A stretch of 64,000 nt of DNA from Macrostomum lignano (GCA_002269645.1 NIVC01000853.1:62001-126000), one strand, 5' to 3'; counted from the stretch's first letter, positions 47,999 to 63,489 are shown. Program-made: numbers and translations. Notes: generated from the letters alone by a model not told the origin.

Positions 47999-48387
47999 CC
48001 AAGCATGGTTAAGAATATTCAAGAAATTTTTTAAAACTGTGAGAACTTTTCATTGAACCAAATAATATTAAAATATATATTTCACTTAGTTTTGTGTCTA
48101 GTACAAAAATAAAAACTTTCCTTAGAAAACTCACTTGCAAAAGTTGAATGACATTTTAAGAAAAAGTTGGCATATATTCTAGGGAATTGTTACCTTTTTG
48201 GCATACACTAGGGTGCATTTAGCTAAGATAGGGTTTGTGTTCTGGCATGCATTACACAATCTGTAGTCTGTACACTGAGCTAAAAAACTTACTGCCTTTA
48301 AGTAGTCTGAGCATTTTCCAAGAAACTTACAGAATGGAATCCACCCAATCGCCATTCCCGCAGCTTTATCCGCTGGCTTTCTGTTAA

Positions 48388-50471
<2,084 letters not shown>

Positions 50472-52049
50472 TGAACAACAACTGTGCAGATTTTGCTGTT
50501 GTTTTATTTAAAAAAAGACCATCAATATAGTGTGTCCCTTGCTCTTTGTCATAATCCTGTCTATTGTATTGCCAGCTTACTACTCTCACCGTCCTTTACT
50601 CCCCTTCTATGTTTGAGCACCGAAGTATGCCGACATGTTGCAGAGCTGCCCTGCCAGGGATTTTCTGGGTAAGCTTTAACTGGGTAATCGGCGAGAGTAG
50701 ATATGAATTAAAAAGCCTCGTCAGCTAATTACTTACCCGATTTGCTCATGGTTTTCCCAAACTTAGTAAAGCTTTAGTCTGTAGATTTTTAATGCAAGCC
50801 TGAAATTTAACAAGTTGAAACTAATCAGTATATCTCAGCTTGCATCCCCATTAAATTACATTTTTAGGTCATGCACAAAAGTTTTTGTTCAAATGAAAGA
50901 CGAGATTTTCCGATTTCCAATGACCTCAAACTTGTTAGAACTTCAGGCGTGCATTTAAAATCCATAGGCAAAAATTGCACTCAACTTTGGAAGTTTAGAG
51001 ACCCGTCGTTATTTCCCTGGCACGCGCATCGTCTGCACAAAAAGCCGTTGCACTCTACAGCTCTGTCTGCGATCTTATATTTACTATCAGATGTGCTCAC
51101 TATATGTTTGTGTTTAGTTCCTCCCCCTCTCCACGCCTCCCCACAGAGCAGTGAGCACAGATTAGCCATCAATGTGCTGCGCATCGATTGGTCTGGTTTA
51201 ATTCAGAAAATCAACGCGCAGATTTTTTTTGTTTCTTTTGCGTCCTAAGAAGGTGATGGCGAAATGTTTATTTATATCTATTTTCATATCTGGAACAATA
51301 CAGTTAATAATAATCTTATATCAATTACTGTCCAAACTTTTATGGTCACAGAATATACACAGAATGCTCAGTTATTATGTATACTAAAAAAGAAATAAAA
51401 TTCGCACAGCCTACTTATTTAACGAACTTTCTCAGTAGTAGCAAAAAAAATTATAAAATTTTTCAATTCTCTTATTATATTGACAGCCTGGCTCACCAAT
51501 TAATGGAGAAGTTTTTGAAAGATTTAGGTTGCTAAGTGCCATTTAGCCAACTTAATTTTTCTTCACAAATATATCAGCTAGTGTAGAATGTAATTCTTGT
51601 GCAAGAAATATTCTCAGAATGCATGATTGAGCAGTCTGTGTTTATTCTGTGGCTTTTATAAATGTGTCTCAGATGATAATGTTCAGCAGGCGCTTGATAC
51701 ACACGGACTAGAAAACTCTCTAAAGACTGATGAATTTCAATTGTACTATTTAGTGCCTAATACAGTGACAAACGTTCTACTTTACTTAATTCACTCTCTG
51801 TCACTCAGATGAACAGTTTTTCTCTGTTCGTTTCCATTCATAAGAATCAATGCGTGTTGCTTTTCATTCCGTCAATTCAATTGGAGTTCAAGTTTGTCCT
51901 GGCTGTACATGCGTGATTGTATGCTTTATAAACTATACGTATGATCGCTTTTTACCTCGATTAGCCAATGCTGCTGTTCTGCAAGCCTCTTTCAACACAC
52001 CTTAAGTGTCAAGTACATGGGCGCTTATGACACTTAAACTGCCCTCCCC

Positions 52050-52370
52050 CCAGCACCTGAAGTGGCGCCCTAAACACCTGAAGTGGCGCCCCTAACACCT
52101 GAAAGTGGCGCCCCTAACACCTGAAGTGGCGCCCCTAACACCTGAAGTGGCGCCTCTAACACCTGAAGTTGCACCTATCACACCTGAAAGTGGCGCCTCT
52201 AACACCTGAAGTGGCGCCCCTAACACCTGAAGTGGCGCCTCTAACACCTGAAGTTGCACCTCTAGCACCTGAAATGGCGCCCTTAACATCTAAAGTGGCA
52301 CCCCTAACACCTGAAGTGGCGCCTCTAACACCTGAAGTGGCACATGAAGTGCCCCCCCCTAGCACCTGAG
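52050..52370. repeat. 21-bp minisatellite ACACCTGAAGTGGCGCCCCTA
   Basis: About 15 copies. Confidence 0.95.
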
Positions 52371-53269
52371 GTGGGGTTTGGATAAAATGTTTCTGTCTGC
52401 GGAGTTATTATACATATTTTTTATTTTATAGTGTCCCCAATATGGATTATTGTTTTAATTGACTTATATTTTACTAAAACGGCTATGCAGGCGGAACTAA
52501 AGATAATCACTAAGATTACACTATGTTATAAATATGTTAATATATGCATAACTATTTAATAAAGTCTTGTTGAAGTTAAATGACTTTTTGCGTTTCAGAA
52601 TTTCGCTTCAGTTAATTTTTACTTCGGGAAAGCGAGAGGCTGCTAAAACTTGGCTTGACAAAATGTAACCGTCTCTCTATATATATAATTTTAATTTGCT
52701 CTGCGCACTACTAATAAGCGCATCTGTATCGAGTAGTATAGTTTAGTTATGACGCGTTTTTTTATTCTCACACATTGCGGCTTACTATACTGTCCTGTAC
52801 TTGCTGGGGGGCTGCTGGAATCGCGGTTTTCTACTTTGCTTTGACAGGTTATTTTGTTTTCTTGGCTGCAAGTTCCGGGCCCCCGCTTCGGAGTTGAAGC
52901 CTCAACTAATTATTCCTTAGCTGTTTCCTTTTTTCTCATTGCTCCGATTGTCCCGACCTTACCTGTCTTGCACAGAGGTGTTTTTAACATATATATAATA
53001 AAATATAATATTTCTGAGCATTATAGTGTGCTGCTTGTTCGTTTAGTAATTACTGACAGCTTGTCTTCTGTTTGTTGGTCAATTTCTGGCTGTCTCCGGT
53101 TTGTCAAGTTTCCAGCTATTGGATCCAGCCAGCAAGGCTCTCCAATGATATGAAGTTTTCAAGCTTGTTGGATTTCCATGCTGTGAAATATTGTCTCTTC
53201 GGCGATTTGAATGTGACATTTTGCAGCTTAGGAAATGCCCAAGTATAGAATGTGGCTATAGGCTCCGTT

Positions 53270-54295
53270 GCATTCAGTCACTCTCAGCTGCACTCAGTCA
53301 CTCTCAGCTGCATTCAGTCACTCTCAGCTGCATTCAGTCACTCTCAGCTGCATTCAGTCACTCTCAGCTGCACTCAGTCACTCTAAACTGCACTCAGTCA
53401 CTCTCAGCTGCACTCAGTCACTCTCAACTGCACTCAGTCACTCTCAGCTGCACTCAGTCACTCTCAACTGCACTCAGTCACTCTCAGCTGCACTCAGTCA
53501 CTCTCAACTGCACTCAGTCACTCTCAGCTGCACTTAGTCACTCTCAACTGCACTCAGTCACTCTCAGCTGCACTCAGTCACTCTCAACTGCATTCAGTCA
53601 CTCTCAGCTGCACTCAGTCACTCTCAACTGCACTCAGTCACTCTCAGCTGCACTCAGTCACTCTCAACTGCACTCAGTCACTCTCAGCTGCACTCAGTCA
53701 CTCTCAACTGCACTCAGTCACTCTCAGCTGCACTCAGTCACTCTCATCTGCATTCAGTCACTCTCAACTGCACTCAGTCACTCTCAACTGCACTCAGTCA
53801 CTCTCAGCTGCACTCAGTCACTCTGAACTGCACTCAGTCACTCTTAGTTGAATTCAGTCACTCTCAGCTGCACTCAATCACTCTCAACTGCACTCAGTCA
53901 CTCTTAGTTGAATTCAGTCACTCTCAGCTGCACTCAGTTACTCTCAGCTGCACTCAGTCACTCTTAACTGCACTCAGTCACTCTTAGTTAAATTCAGTCA
54001 CTCTCAGCTGCACTCAGTCACTCTCAGTTGCACTCAGTCACTCTCAACTGCACTCAGTCACTCTCAACTGCACTCAGTCACTCTTAGTTGAATTCAGTCA
54101 CTCTCAGCTGCACTCAGTTACTCTCAGCTGCACTCAGTCACTCTTAACTGCACTCAGTCACTCTTAGTTAAATTCAGTCACTCTCAGCTGCACTCAGTCA
54201 CTCTCAGTCACTCTCAACTGCACTCAGTCACTCTCAACTGCACTCAGTCACTCTTAGTTGAATTCAGTCACTCTCAGCTGCACTCAGTCACTCAT
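53270..54295. repeat. 20-bp minisatellite CACTCAGTCACTCTCARCTG
   Basis: About 51 copies. Confidence 0.98.
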
Positions 54296-55071
54296 ACCGC
54301 TTTCACTAACAGGCTGCTAGCTACATATAATATTAATAAAATTGGAGAATGCTGAATTCTGTAACACTTTCAGCCCTCCGCCAATCTCTATCAATTAGTA
54401 ATTAATTAGCAAGTGTACCTGAGCCTTTGAATTCATTATTACTGCATTAATCGCTGCCCAATTCATAAATCATTACCGGAGACTTATAACGCTGGCCTGC
54501 TCTATTGAATAGGCCGCAATGGCCTACCCATGTCCGGTAGCTGTCTGCCCAGGAAGGCGCAGCTAGTGCAACATCGGCCAAGCACATTTTCATTATATAT
54601 AGTTATTATTTTTAATTCAATATCGCTGACAGACGCTGCTGAGCGAATTGCTGTGCCGGCTTCCGGGCGCATGTGTGAGCCTTGGCATTGTCCCCAGACT
54701 CACTTCCTGATGTAAGCCTGTACGTGAGGCTTCCGCGCTAACTTAGCTGTGTTGAGCGGGGCTTAAAATTACACCGCTCAGGTGAGCCGAGAGGGAGGCT
54801 TGAAAAACAAGAATTCCATATTCGTTGTCGTCTAAAGTCCCTCATTTTGACTATTGCTGGTGAGTATGAAGCAAGTCTATTTACAATATATAGAAGTCTA
54901 AATTGCGTCGAAATCTTAATTTCTTCAAACTAGCTTGAGGGTGATGTCCACATGCAGAACGCATAGAGCTGATCAATGGGCTTTCACCATAGACAAATTC
55001 AGCCGAGAAAATCTGATTTCTGAGTGTAGCGTCCACTTCAGCTGTCCGTGTGGCTCAGTTGTCTCACCGCC

Positions 55072-56047
55072 CCAGTTATCCCACTGGCCCAGTTATCCCA
55101 CTGGCTCAGTTATCCCACTGGCCCAGTTATCCCACTAGCTCAGTTATCCCACTGGCTCAGTTATCCCACTGGCCCAGTTATCCCACTGGCTCAGTTATCC
55201 CACTGGCTCAGTTATCCCACTGGCCCAGTTATCCCACTGGCCCAGTTATCCCACTGGCCCAGTTATCCCACTGGCTCAGTTATCCCACTGGCCCAGTAAT
55301 CCAACTAGCCCAGTTATCCCACTGGCTCAGTTATCCCACTAGCCCAGTTATCCCACTGGCTCAGTTATCCCACTGGCCCAGTTATCCCACTGGCCCAGTT
55401 ATCCCACTGGCCCAGTTATCCCACTGGCTCAGTTATCCCACTGGCCCAGTTATCCCACTAGCCCAGTTATCCCACTGGCTCAGTTATCCCACTAGCCCAG
55501 TTATCCCACTGGCTCAGTTATTCCACTGGCCCAGTTATCCCACTGGCTCAGTTATCCCACTGGCTCAGTTATCCCACTGGCCCAGTTATCCCACTGGCTC
55601 AGTTATCCCATTGGCTCAGTTATCCCACTAGCCCAGTTATCCCACTGGCTCAGTTATCCCACTGGCCCAGTTATCCCACTGGCCCAGTTATCCCACTGGC
55701 TCAGTTATCCCACTGGCCCAGTTATCCCACTGGTCCAGTTATCCCACTGGCCCAGTTATCCCACTGGCCCAGTTATCCCACTGGCCCAGTTATCCCACTG
55801 GCCCAGTTATCCCACTGGTCCAGTTATCCCACTGGTCCAGTTATCCCACTGGCCCAGTTATCCCACTAGCCCAGTTATCCCACTGGCTCAGTTATCCCAC
55901 TGGCCCAGTTATCCCACTGGTCCAGTTATCCCACTGGTCCAGTTATCCCACTGGTCCAGTTATCCCACTGGTCCAGTTATCCCACTGGTCCAGTTATCCC
56001 ACTGGCCCAGTTATCCCACCGGCTCAGTTATCCCACTGGCTCAGTTA
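55072..56047. repeat. 17-bp minisatellite CCACTGGCYCAGTTATC
   Basis: About 57 copies. Confidence 0.98.
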
Positions 56048-56065
56048 TCACACCAATCAGTTGTC

Positions 56066-56795
56066 CTACCGGTAAATATCCCATTGGTAGATATCCCATC
56101 GGTAAATATCCCACCGGTAAATATCCCACCGGTAGATATCCCATCGGTAAATATCTCATCCGTAAATATCCCATCGGTAAATATCCTATCGGTAGATATC
56201 CCATCGGTAGATATCCTATCGGTAGATATCCCATCGGTAAATATCCCATCGGTAAATATCCCATCGGTAGATATCCCATCGGTAAATATCCCACCGGTAA
56301 AGATCCCATCGGTAGATGTCCCATCGGTAGATATCCCATTGGTAGATATCCCATCGGTAGATATCCCATCGGTAGATATCCCATCGGTAGGTATCCCATC
56401 GGTAGGTATCCCATCGAAGATATCCCATCGGTAAATATCCCATCGGTAGATATCCCATCGGTAAATATCCCATCGGTAGATGTCCCATCGGTAGGTATCC
56501 CATCGGTAGGTATCCCATCGAAGATATCCCATCGGTAGATATCCCATCGGTAGGTATCCCATCGGTAGGTATCCCATCGAAGATATCCCATCGGTAAATA
56601 TCCCATCGGTAGATATCCCATCGGTAGATATCCCATCGGTAGATATCCCATCGGTAGATATCCCATCGGTAGATATCCCATCGGTAGATATCCCATCGGT
56701 AGATATCCCATCGGTAGATATCCCATCGGTAGATATCCCATCGGTAGATATCCCATCGGTAGATATCCCACCGCTAGATATAGCGGTAGATATCC
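56066..56795. repeat. 15-bp minisatellite ATATCCCATCGGTAG
   Basis: About 48 copies adjacent to the 17-bp array. Confidence 0.98.
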
Positions 56796-57254
56796 CAGCC
56801 ACAGTTATCCCATCGGCAGTTATCCAACTGGTAGTTTTCGCAACGAGTCTGCAGTTATTAGCAATTTGAAAACGAGCGTACTTTTCCTTTCTGATTTACA
56901 AAATATTTCTGCCGGCTGCTTGAAAGATCTGGACATGCAATAGGAAGCTATGTGCAGTACATGGATGGTTTATTTGATGTAAACACAAGAATTCCATACG
57001 GATATTAGAGAGCTTAGGAAAAATCTGTTCAGTGGAACATGTTCCTAGCATGCTACTTTTAGTAATTAGATTTAGTAGAATAACTGTGTTGGTACTGGAT
57101 CGCTGTTCTGCTGTTAATTAACATGCTCGTTCAAGCTACTGAGTTAAAAAGTAGTTTGATTGAGCATTACTATCGGAGACTGGAGTAAAGCATCAAAGGT
57201 TAGTGTCCCGTGATTTAGCATAACCCACAGTGCTCCAACACGGTCTGCTAATAG

Positions 57255-57368
57255 ATGGAGATGAAGAGGCAGGGACGGACCACATTGCTTTTGCAGCCCG
57301 CAGCACCCCAACCGACCATGGAGGCGGAAACGGAGAAGGAGGCCAGCAGCGGAAGCGATGAGATCTCG
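57255..57368 (+). CDS. Possible upstream or alternative first exon (38 codons)
   Basis: ATG-initiated ORF ending at a good donor TCG|GTGAGA (phase 0). A matching acceptor is not clearly identifiable. Confidence 0.25.
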
Positions 57369-57839
57369 GTGAGAAATCTACTCAATTCTTATAATTACCG
57401 CTTGCTTGTGAAAGCTGGTCTCTTTTTTGTTGGAGAGCAGGGACAATTATTGTTAATGAATGCAATTCATTCAGTAGTCCTTGAGCCATTATTGCATTCT
57501 GCATTGTAAGTACGATTTACTTGACTTTCTATACAGTTTCTGTGCAGACCGGTTTCGCGTGTGCCCACCCACCCCCTTGCCGATCGTTCCCATGGCAACG
57601 GCCTAGGCGGGTAGGGAGACCGGGCGCGTGTTTGTTCGGATCAAATTCTGGTCGCTGGTGAAGAGAGAAGGGGGTCGAAACAGGAGTCGGGCAGTCAACA
57701 CACCACAGTGACTCGACTCACGCAGCCTTTTGACTGGAGCTTTCTTGCTCTCTTTCCGCGAATTATTTTTTATCCCAACCAGTCGGATTTAAGGCGGGGA
57801 GGGCATCGAAAAGGGCTATAAATAGAGCGGCGGGCAGTC

Positions 57840-60800
57840 ATGAGCGGAGCCGAGCGGCTGGGCTTCCTGCGCGAGATTCTGCAGCTGGAAAGCGCCGCCG
57901 CCGCCGCCGATACAGCTGACGCTGCCATCATGCCGTTGGGAAGGCGGCCAGCCGGGCGGTCTGGAGCTGCGGCCGCCGCAGCCTCCGGCCTTTTGATTCG
58001 CAGCCTCACCAGCGTTAAACTGGCTGAGAACAGCTCGCTAAACAATCTGTTCCAGCCGCTGGAGCTGCTCAGACGAAAGTCGCGCATCGTCCGCCTGCTG
58101 TGCCGAGTCAGCCTGGCCTTCAGCCTGGTGGCCCGCGAGGCCGGCGTGGTCGGGCAGCAGCAGCGGCGCGAGGACCAGCCGACAGCCGCCAGGTTCTACT
58201 CGGAGCTGGACGGCGCCGAGCTCGAATTCGACGTTGGCGACTATCGGTTCAGCTCGGACGAGGAACACCGGTGGCCGGTGTCCGCCAGGGGCGCCGTGCT
58301 CAAGCTGCCGTGCTATCGGGAAGCTGGCGAGGCCGATAGGATCCTGGCGCTGATGCGGCAGCTCAGATTCTGCAGGCGGCTGCCGCCAGCTGTGCAGGGG
58401 CGAATTGCTGAGCAGGCTTATTACATGCAGTGAGTCCTGGTCTAGTGTTTCTGAGTCCTGGTCTAGTGTTTCTGAGTCCTGGTCTAGTGTTTCTGAGTCC
58501 TGGTCTAGTGTTTCTGAGTCCTGGTCTAGTGTTTCTGAGTCCTGGTCTAGTGTTTCTGAGTCCTGGTCTAGTGTTTCTGAGTCCTGGTCTAGTGTTTCTG
58601 AGTCCTGGTCTAGTGTTTCTGAGTCCTGGTCTAGTGTTTCTGAGTCCTGGTCTAGTGTTTCTGAGTCCTGGTCTAGTGTTTCTGAGTCCTGATCTAGTGT
58701 TTCTGAGTCCTGGTCTAGTGTTTCTGAGTCCTGGTCTAGTGTTTCTGAGTCCTGGTCTAGTGTTTCTGAGTCCTGGTCTAGTGTTTCTGAGTCCTGTTCT
58801 AGTGTTTCTGAGTCCTGTTCTAGTGTTTCTGAGTCCTGGTCTAGTGTTTCTGAGTCCTGGTCTAGTGTTTCTGAGTCCTGGTCTAGTGTTTCTGAGTCCT
58901 GATCTAGTGTTTCTGAGTCCTGGTCTAGTGTTTCTGAGTCCTGGTCTAGTGGGTCTTAGTCCTGGTCTAGTGTTTCTGAGTCCTGGTCTAGTGGGTCTTA
59001 GTCCTGGTCTAGTGTTTCTGAGTCCTGGTCTAGTGTTTCTGAGTCCTGGTCTAGTGTTTCTGAGTCCTGGTCTAGTGTTTCTGAGTCCTGTTCTAGTGTT
59101 TCTGAGTCCTGGTCTAGTGGGTCTTAGTCCTGGTCTAGTGTTTCTGAGTCCTGGTCTAGTGTTTCTGAGTCCTGGTCTAGTGTTTCTGAGTCCTGGTCTA
59201 GTGTTTCTGAGTCCTGTCTAGTGTTTCTGAGTCCTGGTCTAGTGTTTCTGAGTCCTGTTCTAGTGTTTCTGAGTCCTGGTCTAGTGGGTCTTAGTCCTGG
59301 TCTAGTGTTTCTGAGTCCTGGTCTAGTGTTTCTGAGTCCTGTTCTAGTGTTTCTGAGTCCTGTTCTAGTGTTTCTGAGTCCTGTTCTAGTGTTTCTGAGT
59401 CCTGATCTAGTGTTTCTGAGTCCTGATCTAGTGTTTCTGAGTCCTGGTCTAGTGTTTCTGAGTCCTGATCTAGTGTTTCTGAGTCCTGGTCTAGTGTTTC
59501 TGAGTCCTGGTCTAGTGTTTCTGAGTCCTGGTCTAGTGTTTCTGAGTCCTGGTCTAGTGTTTCTGAGTCCTGGTCTAGTGTTTCTGAGTCCTGTTCTAGT
59601 GTTTCTGAGTCCTGGTCTAGTGGGTCTTAGTCCTGGTCTAGTGTTTCTGAGTCCTGATCTAGTGTTTCTGAGTCCTGGTCTAGTGTTTCTGAGTCCTGGT
59701 CTAGTGTTTCTGAGTCCTGGTCTAGTGTTTCTGAGTCCTGGTCTAGTGTTTCTGAGTCCTGGTCTAGTGTTTCTGAGTCCTGTCTAGTGTTTCTGAGTCC
59801 TGTCTAGTGTTTCTGAGTCCTGGTCTAGTGTTTCTGAGTCCTGGTCTAGTGTTTCTGAGTCCTGTTCTAGTGTTTCTGAGTCCTGTTCTAGTGTTTCTGA
59901 GTCCTGTTCTAGTGTTTCTGAGTCCTGATCTAGTGTTTCTGAGTCCTGATCTAGTGTTTCTGAGTCCTGGTCTAGTGTTTCTGAGTCCTGATCTAGTGGG
60001 TCTGAGTCTGGGTTGGTTAAATCTTCAGAGCAGAGACACGTTTTCAAACCCTAAGTTAATGTTAACTCCACCTGAACTCGAGCTCAGATCCTCTAGCTTA
60101 ACACTTTGGGGATCCCGCAGACTGGAGCGAGGCCGGGACGTGCTTCGGGCTGGGCACCCCGGCTACTCATTCTACGTGATCTTCTCCGGCGTGGTGCGGG
60201 TATCCGCCGGCCCCGACTTGCCCAACACTGAGCCGATTCTGCTTCGGAAAGGAGACTCGTTTGGCGAGCGATCGCTTCTGTTTGAGATGCCGCGAGACGT
60301 CACGGTGACCACGGAGAGGCTCACGGAGTTTCTCATCGTGTATGACGACTGCTTCTTTGAGTCTGGCCTGGCCGACTACCTGGGAGAGCAGTATCGGAGA
60401 ATTGAGCGGTTTCTCAGGTGAGGCAATCATCATGCTAGTGGCCTCACGGTCTGTCAGGTGAGGCAATGGTCATGCTGGTGGCCTCACGGTCTGTCAGGTG
60501 AGGCAATGGTCATGCTGGTGGCCTCACGGTCTGTCAGGTGAGGCAATGGTCATGCTAGTGGCCTCATGGTCTGTCAGGTGAGGCAATGGTCATGCTAGTG
60601 GCCTCACGGTCTGTCAGGTGAGGCAATTGTCATGCTAGTGGCCTCACGGTCTGTCAGGTGAGGCAATGGTCATGCTAGTGGCCTCACGGTCTGTCAGGTG
60701 AGGCAATGGTCATGCTAGTGGCCTCACGGTCTGTCAGGTGAGGCAATGGTCATGCTAGTGGCCTCACGGTCTGTCAGGTGAGGCAATGGTCATGCTAGTG

Positions 60801-63457
60801 GCCTCACGGTCTGTCAGGTGAGGCAATGGTCATGCTGGTGGCCTCACGGTCTGTCAGGTGAGGCAATGGTCATGCTGGTGGCCTCACGGTCTGTCAGGTG
60901 AGGCAATGGTCATGCTAGTGGCCTCATGGTCTGTCAGGTGAGGCAATGGTCATGCTAGTGGCCTCATGGTCTGTCAGGTGAGGCAATTGTCATGCTAGTG
61001 GCCTCACGGTCTGTCAGGTGAGGCAATGGTCATGCTAGTGGCCTCACGGTCTGTCAGGTGAGGCAATGGTCATGCTAGTGGCCTCACGGTCTGTCAGGTG
61101 AGGCAATGGTCATGCTAGTGGCCTCACGGTCTGTCAGGTGAGGCAATTGTCATGCTAGTGGCCTCACGGTCTGTCAGGTGAGGCAATGGTCATGCTAGTG
61201 GCCTCACGGTCTGTCAGGTGAGGCAATGGTCATGCTAGTGGCCTCACGGTCTGTCAGGTGAGGCAATTGTCATGCTAGTGGCCTCATGGTCTGTCAGGTG
61301 AGGCAATTGTCATGCTAGTGGCCTCACGGTCTGTCAGGTGAGGCAATGGTTATGCTAGTGGCCTCATGGTCTGTCAGGTGAGGCAATGGTCATGCTAGTG
61401 GCCTCATGGTCTGTCAGGTGAGGCAATGGTCATGCTAGTGGCCTCACGGTCTGTCAGGTGAGGCAATGGTCATGCTAGTGGCCTCACGGTCTGTCAGGTG
61501 AGGCAATGGTCATGCTAGTGGCCTCACGGTCTGTCAGGTGAGGCAATGGTCACGCTAGCGACTAAGTGGGATGGATACAAATGCCGCAACGCCACAGGCT
61601 CATTGCAACTGTCATTCCTGAACTGGCAGAAGTCTGCCTCAGTTCTCAGGCCTGTCCACCAGCGCCCTCGCGGACCTGTCGCATCGCAGCACCCTGCTGG
61701 AGCACCTGGACGGATCAGTCATAGTCGGCAGCTCGCAGCGTACTCAGCTGGTGTGGCTGGTTGTCAGCGGCTCAGCCGACATCTACGGCCGGGTGTCGCG
61801 GCTCGACTCGGCCAAGCAGAGCCGGTTGGCTGGCGAAGAGGCGGAGACGAGCCGCCGCCTGATTGGCTGGCTGGCCGAAGTCGACGCTCGACTGCCGCGG
61901 TCCACAGCGGCAACTGAAGCCGCATCGGCAACCGCCAGGATCAGCAGGAATCGTCGGGCTCCGTTCCTGCTGCCTGGCGAGGCCGCCTACCTGGCGAAAG
62001 TCGGCCATCTGACGCCTGGGAAATCCTTTGTGAGGATTGCTTGATTTTCCTGTTTATTATAATTAGTGAGACTGACTTCACCGATTCATCACCTGTTGCT
62101 TGAGTCTTAATTAGTAGTAAGAAAGACATCTTAATCATTTACCATGAGTGTGAGATACCATGTTTTACCTGTGTGAGATCCTGGATTTTATTTGTGTGAG
62201 ATACTGACATTCCGGAATTTTCGTGTGAGATTCCGAGTTTACACGTGTAAATTTGCGGATTTTATGAGCGTACCTGTTTCTCTGAGCCCTTGAAAAACGT
62301 TATAATTTGACGTTTTCGTCTTCTTGTAGATCCTTTTCTTCTTGAGTGAACAAATCAATGACTGAACTAGGCCGAGAGTGAACTAGGCCAAGAGTGAACT
62401 AGGTCGAGAGTGAACTAGGCCCAGAGTGAACTAGGCCGAGAGTGAACTAGGCCCAGAGTGAACTAAGCCCAGAGTGAACTAGGCCGAGAGTGAACTAGGC
62501 TGAGAGTGAACTAGGCCGAGAGTGAACTAGGCAGTGATTGCACTATGCAGTGAGTGAACTATGCAGTGAGTGAACTAGGCAGTGAGTGAACTAGGCAGTG
62601 AGTGAACTAGGCAGTGAGTGAACTAGGCAGTGAGTGAACTAGGCATTGAGTGCACTAGGCAGTGAGTGAACTAGGCAGTGAGTGAACTAGGCAGTGAGTG
62701 AACTGGGCAGTGAGTGAACTAGGCAGAGTGAACTAGGCAGTGAGTGAACTGGGCAGTGAGTGAACTAGGCAGTGAGTGAACTAGGCATTGAGTGCACTAG
62801 GCAGTGAGTGAACTAGGCAGTGAGTGAACTAGGCAGTGAGTGAACTAGGCATTGAGTGCACTAGGCAGTGAGTGAACTAGGCAGTGAGTGAACTAGGCAG
62901 TGAGTGAACTGGGCAGTGAGTGAACTGGGCAGTGAGTGTACTAGGTGAGTGAACTGGGCAAACTGTTCAGTGAATTGCCCGAGTATGGTGGATTGAGCGA
63001 ATAGTTTTGTTTCATAATGAGGACTCTGGAAGTGCAGCCTGAGATGACGCTGAGAGTGAAGCATCATCAAGCACCCGCCTCTGCCACTTCCCCAGGGCCT
63101 GGCAGCGATGTTCGATCCACAGTCACGGGATCTATTCTTGGTCAGTCGCGGCTGCGAAGTGCTGGCGGTGCCCCACCAGGCCCTGCTAGCCGTGGCCTCC
63201 CGCAGCCAGCTGGAGTCCGCGCACCTGCTGTACGAGACTGTCCCGACTGATAGGCGGATGCGACGAGGGTGCGAGCAGCAGTGCGACTGGATGCTGTACA
63301 GGAGGCGGGAGGTGCGCGCCACTGTGCACCGGCTGAGAGTCATGTCTGACAGGTTCGACAAGACGCATCCCCCGCTGCCGTCAACTGCGCAGCAGCAGCA
63401 GCAGCAGAAGCGGCGAGGCCAAGGAGGGACGAGGATTCCACAGGTGCAGCAGCAGCA

Positions 63458-63489
<32 letters not shown>

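Noticed and set aside
50871-54715. Short ORFs between GOLPH3 and the CNBD gene
   Set aside because: No recognisable domains and no phase-consistent exon chain found.
57810-57830. CTATAAATAG as the CNBD promoter TATA box
   Set aside because: Only about 20 nt from the ATG and downstream of a good acceptor (57782), so it probably lies within the transcript.
58430-60120. (SPGLVFL)n ORFs as a repeat protein fused to the CNBD domain
   Set aside because: GT donor at 58430 and AG acceptor at 60120 give an in-frame YYMQ-LERG junction; the repeat is intronic.
60418-61557. CRISPR-like array of palindromic 40-bp repeats
   Set aside because: No unique spacers, no cas genes, eukaryotic intron context.
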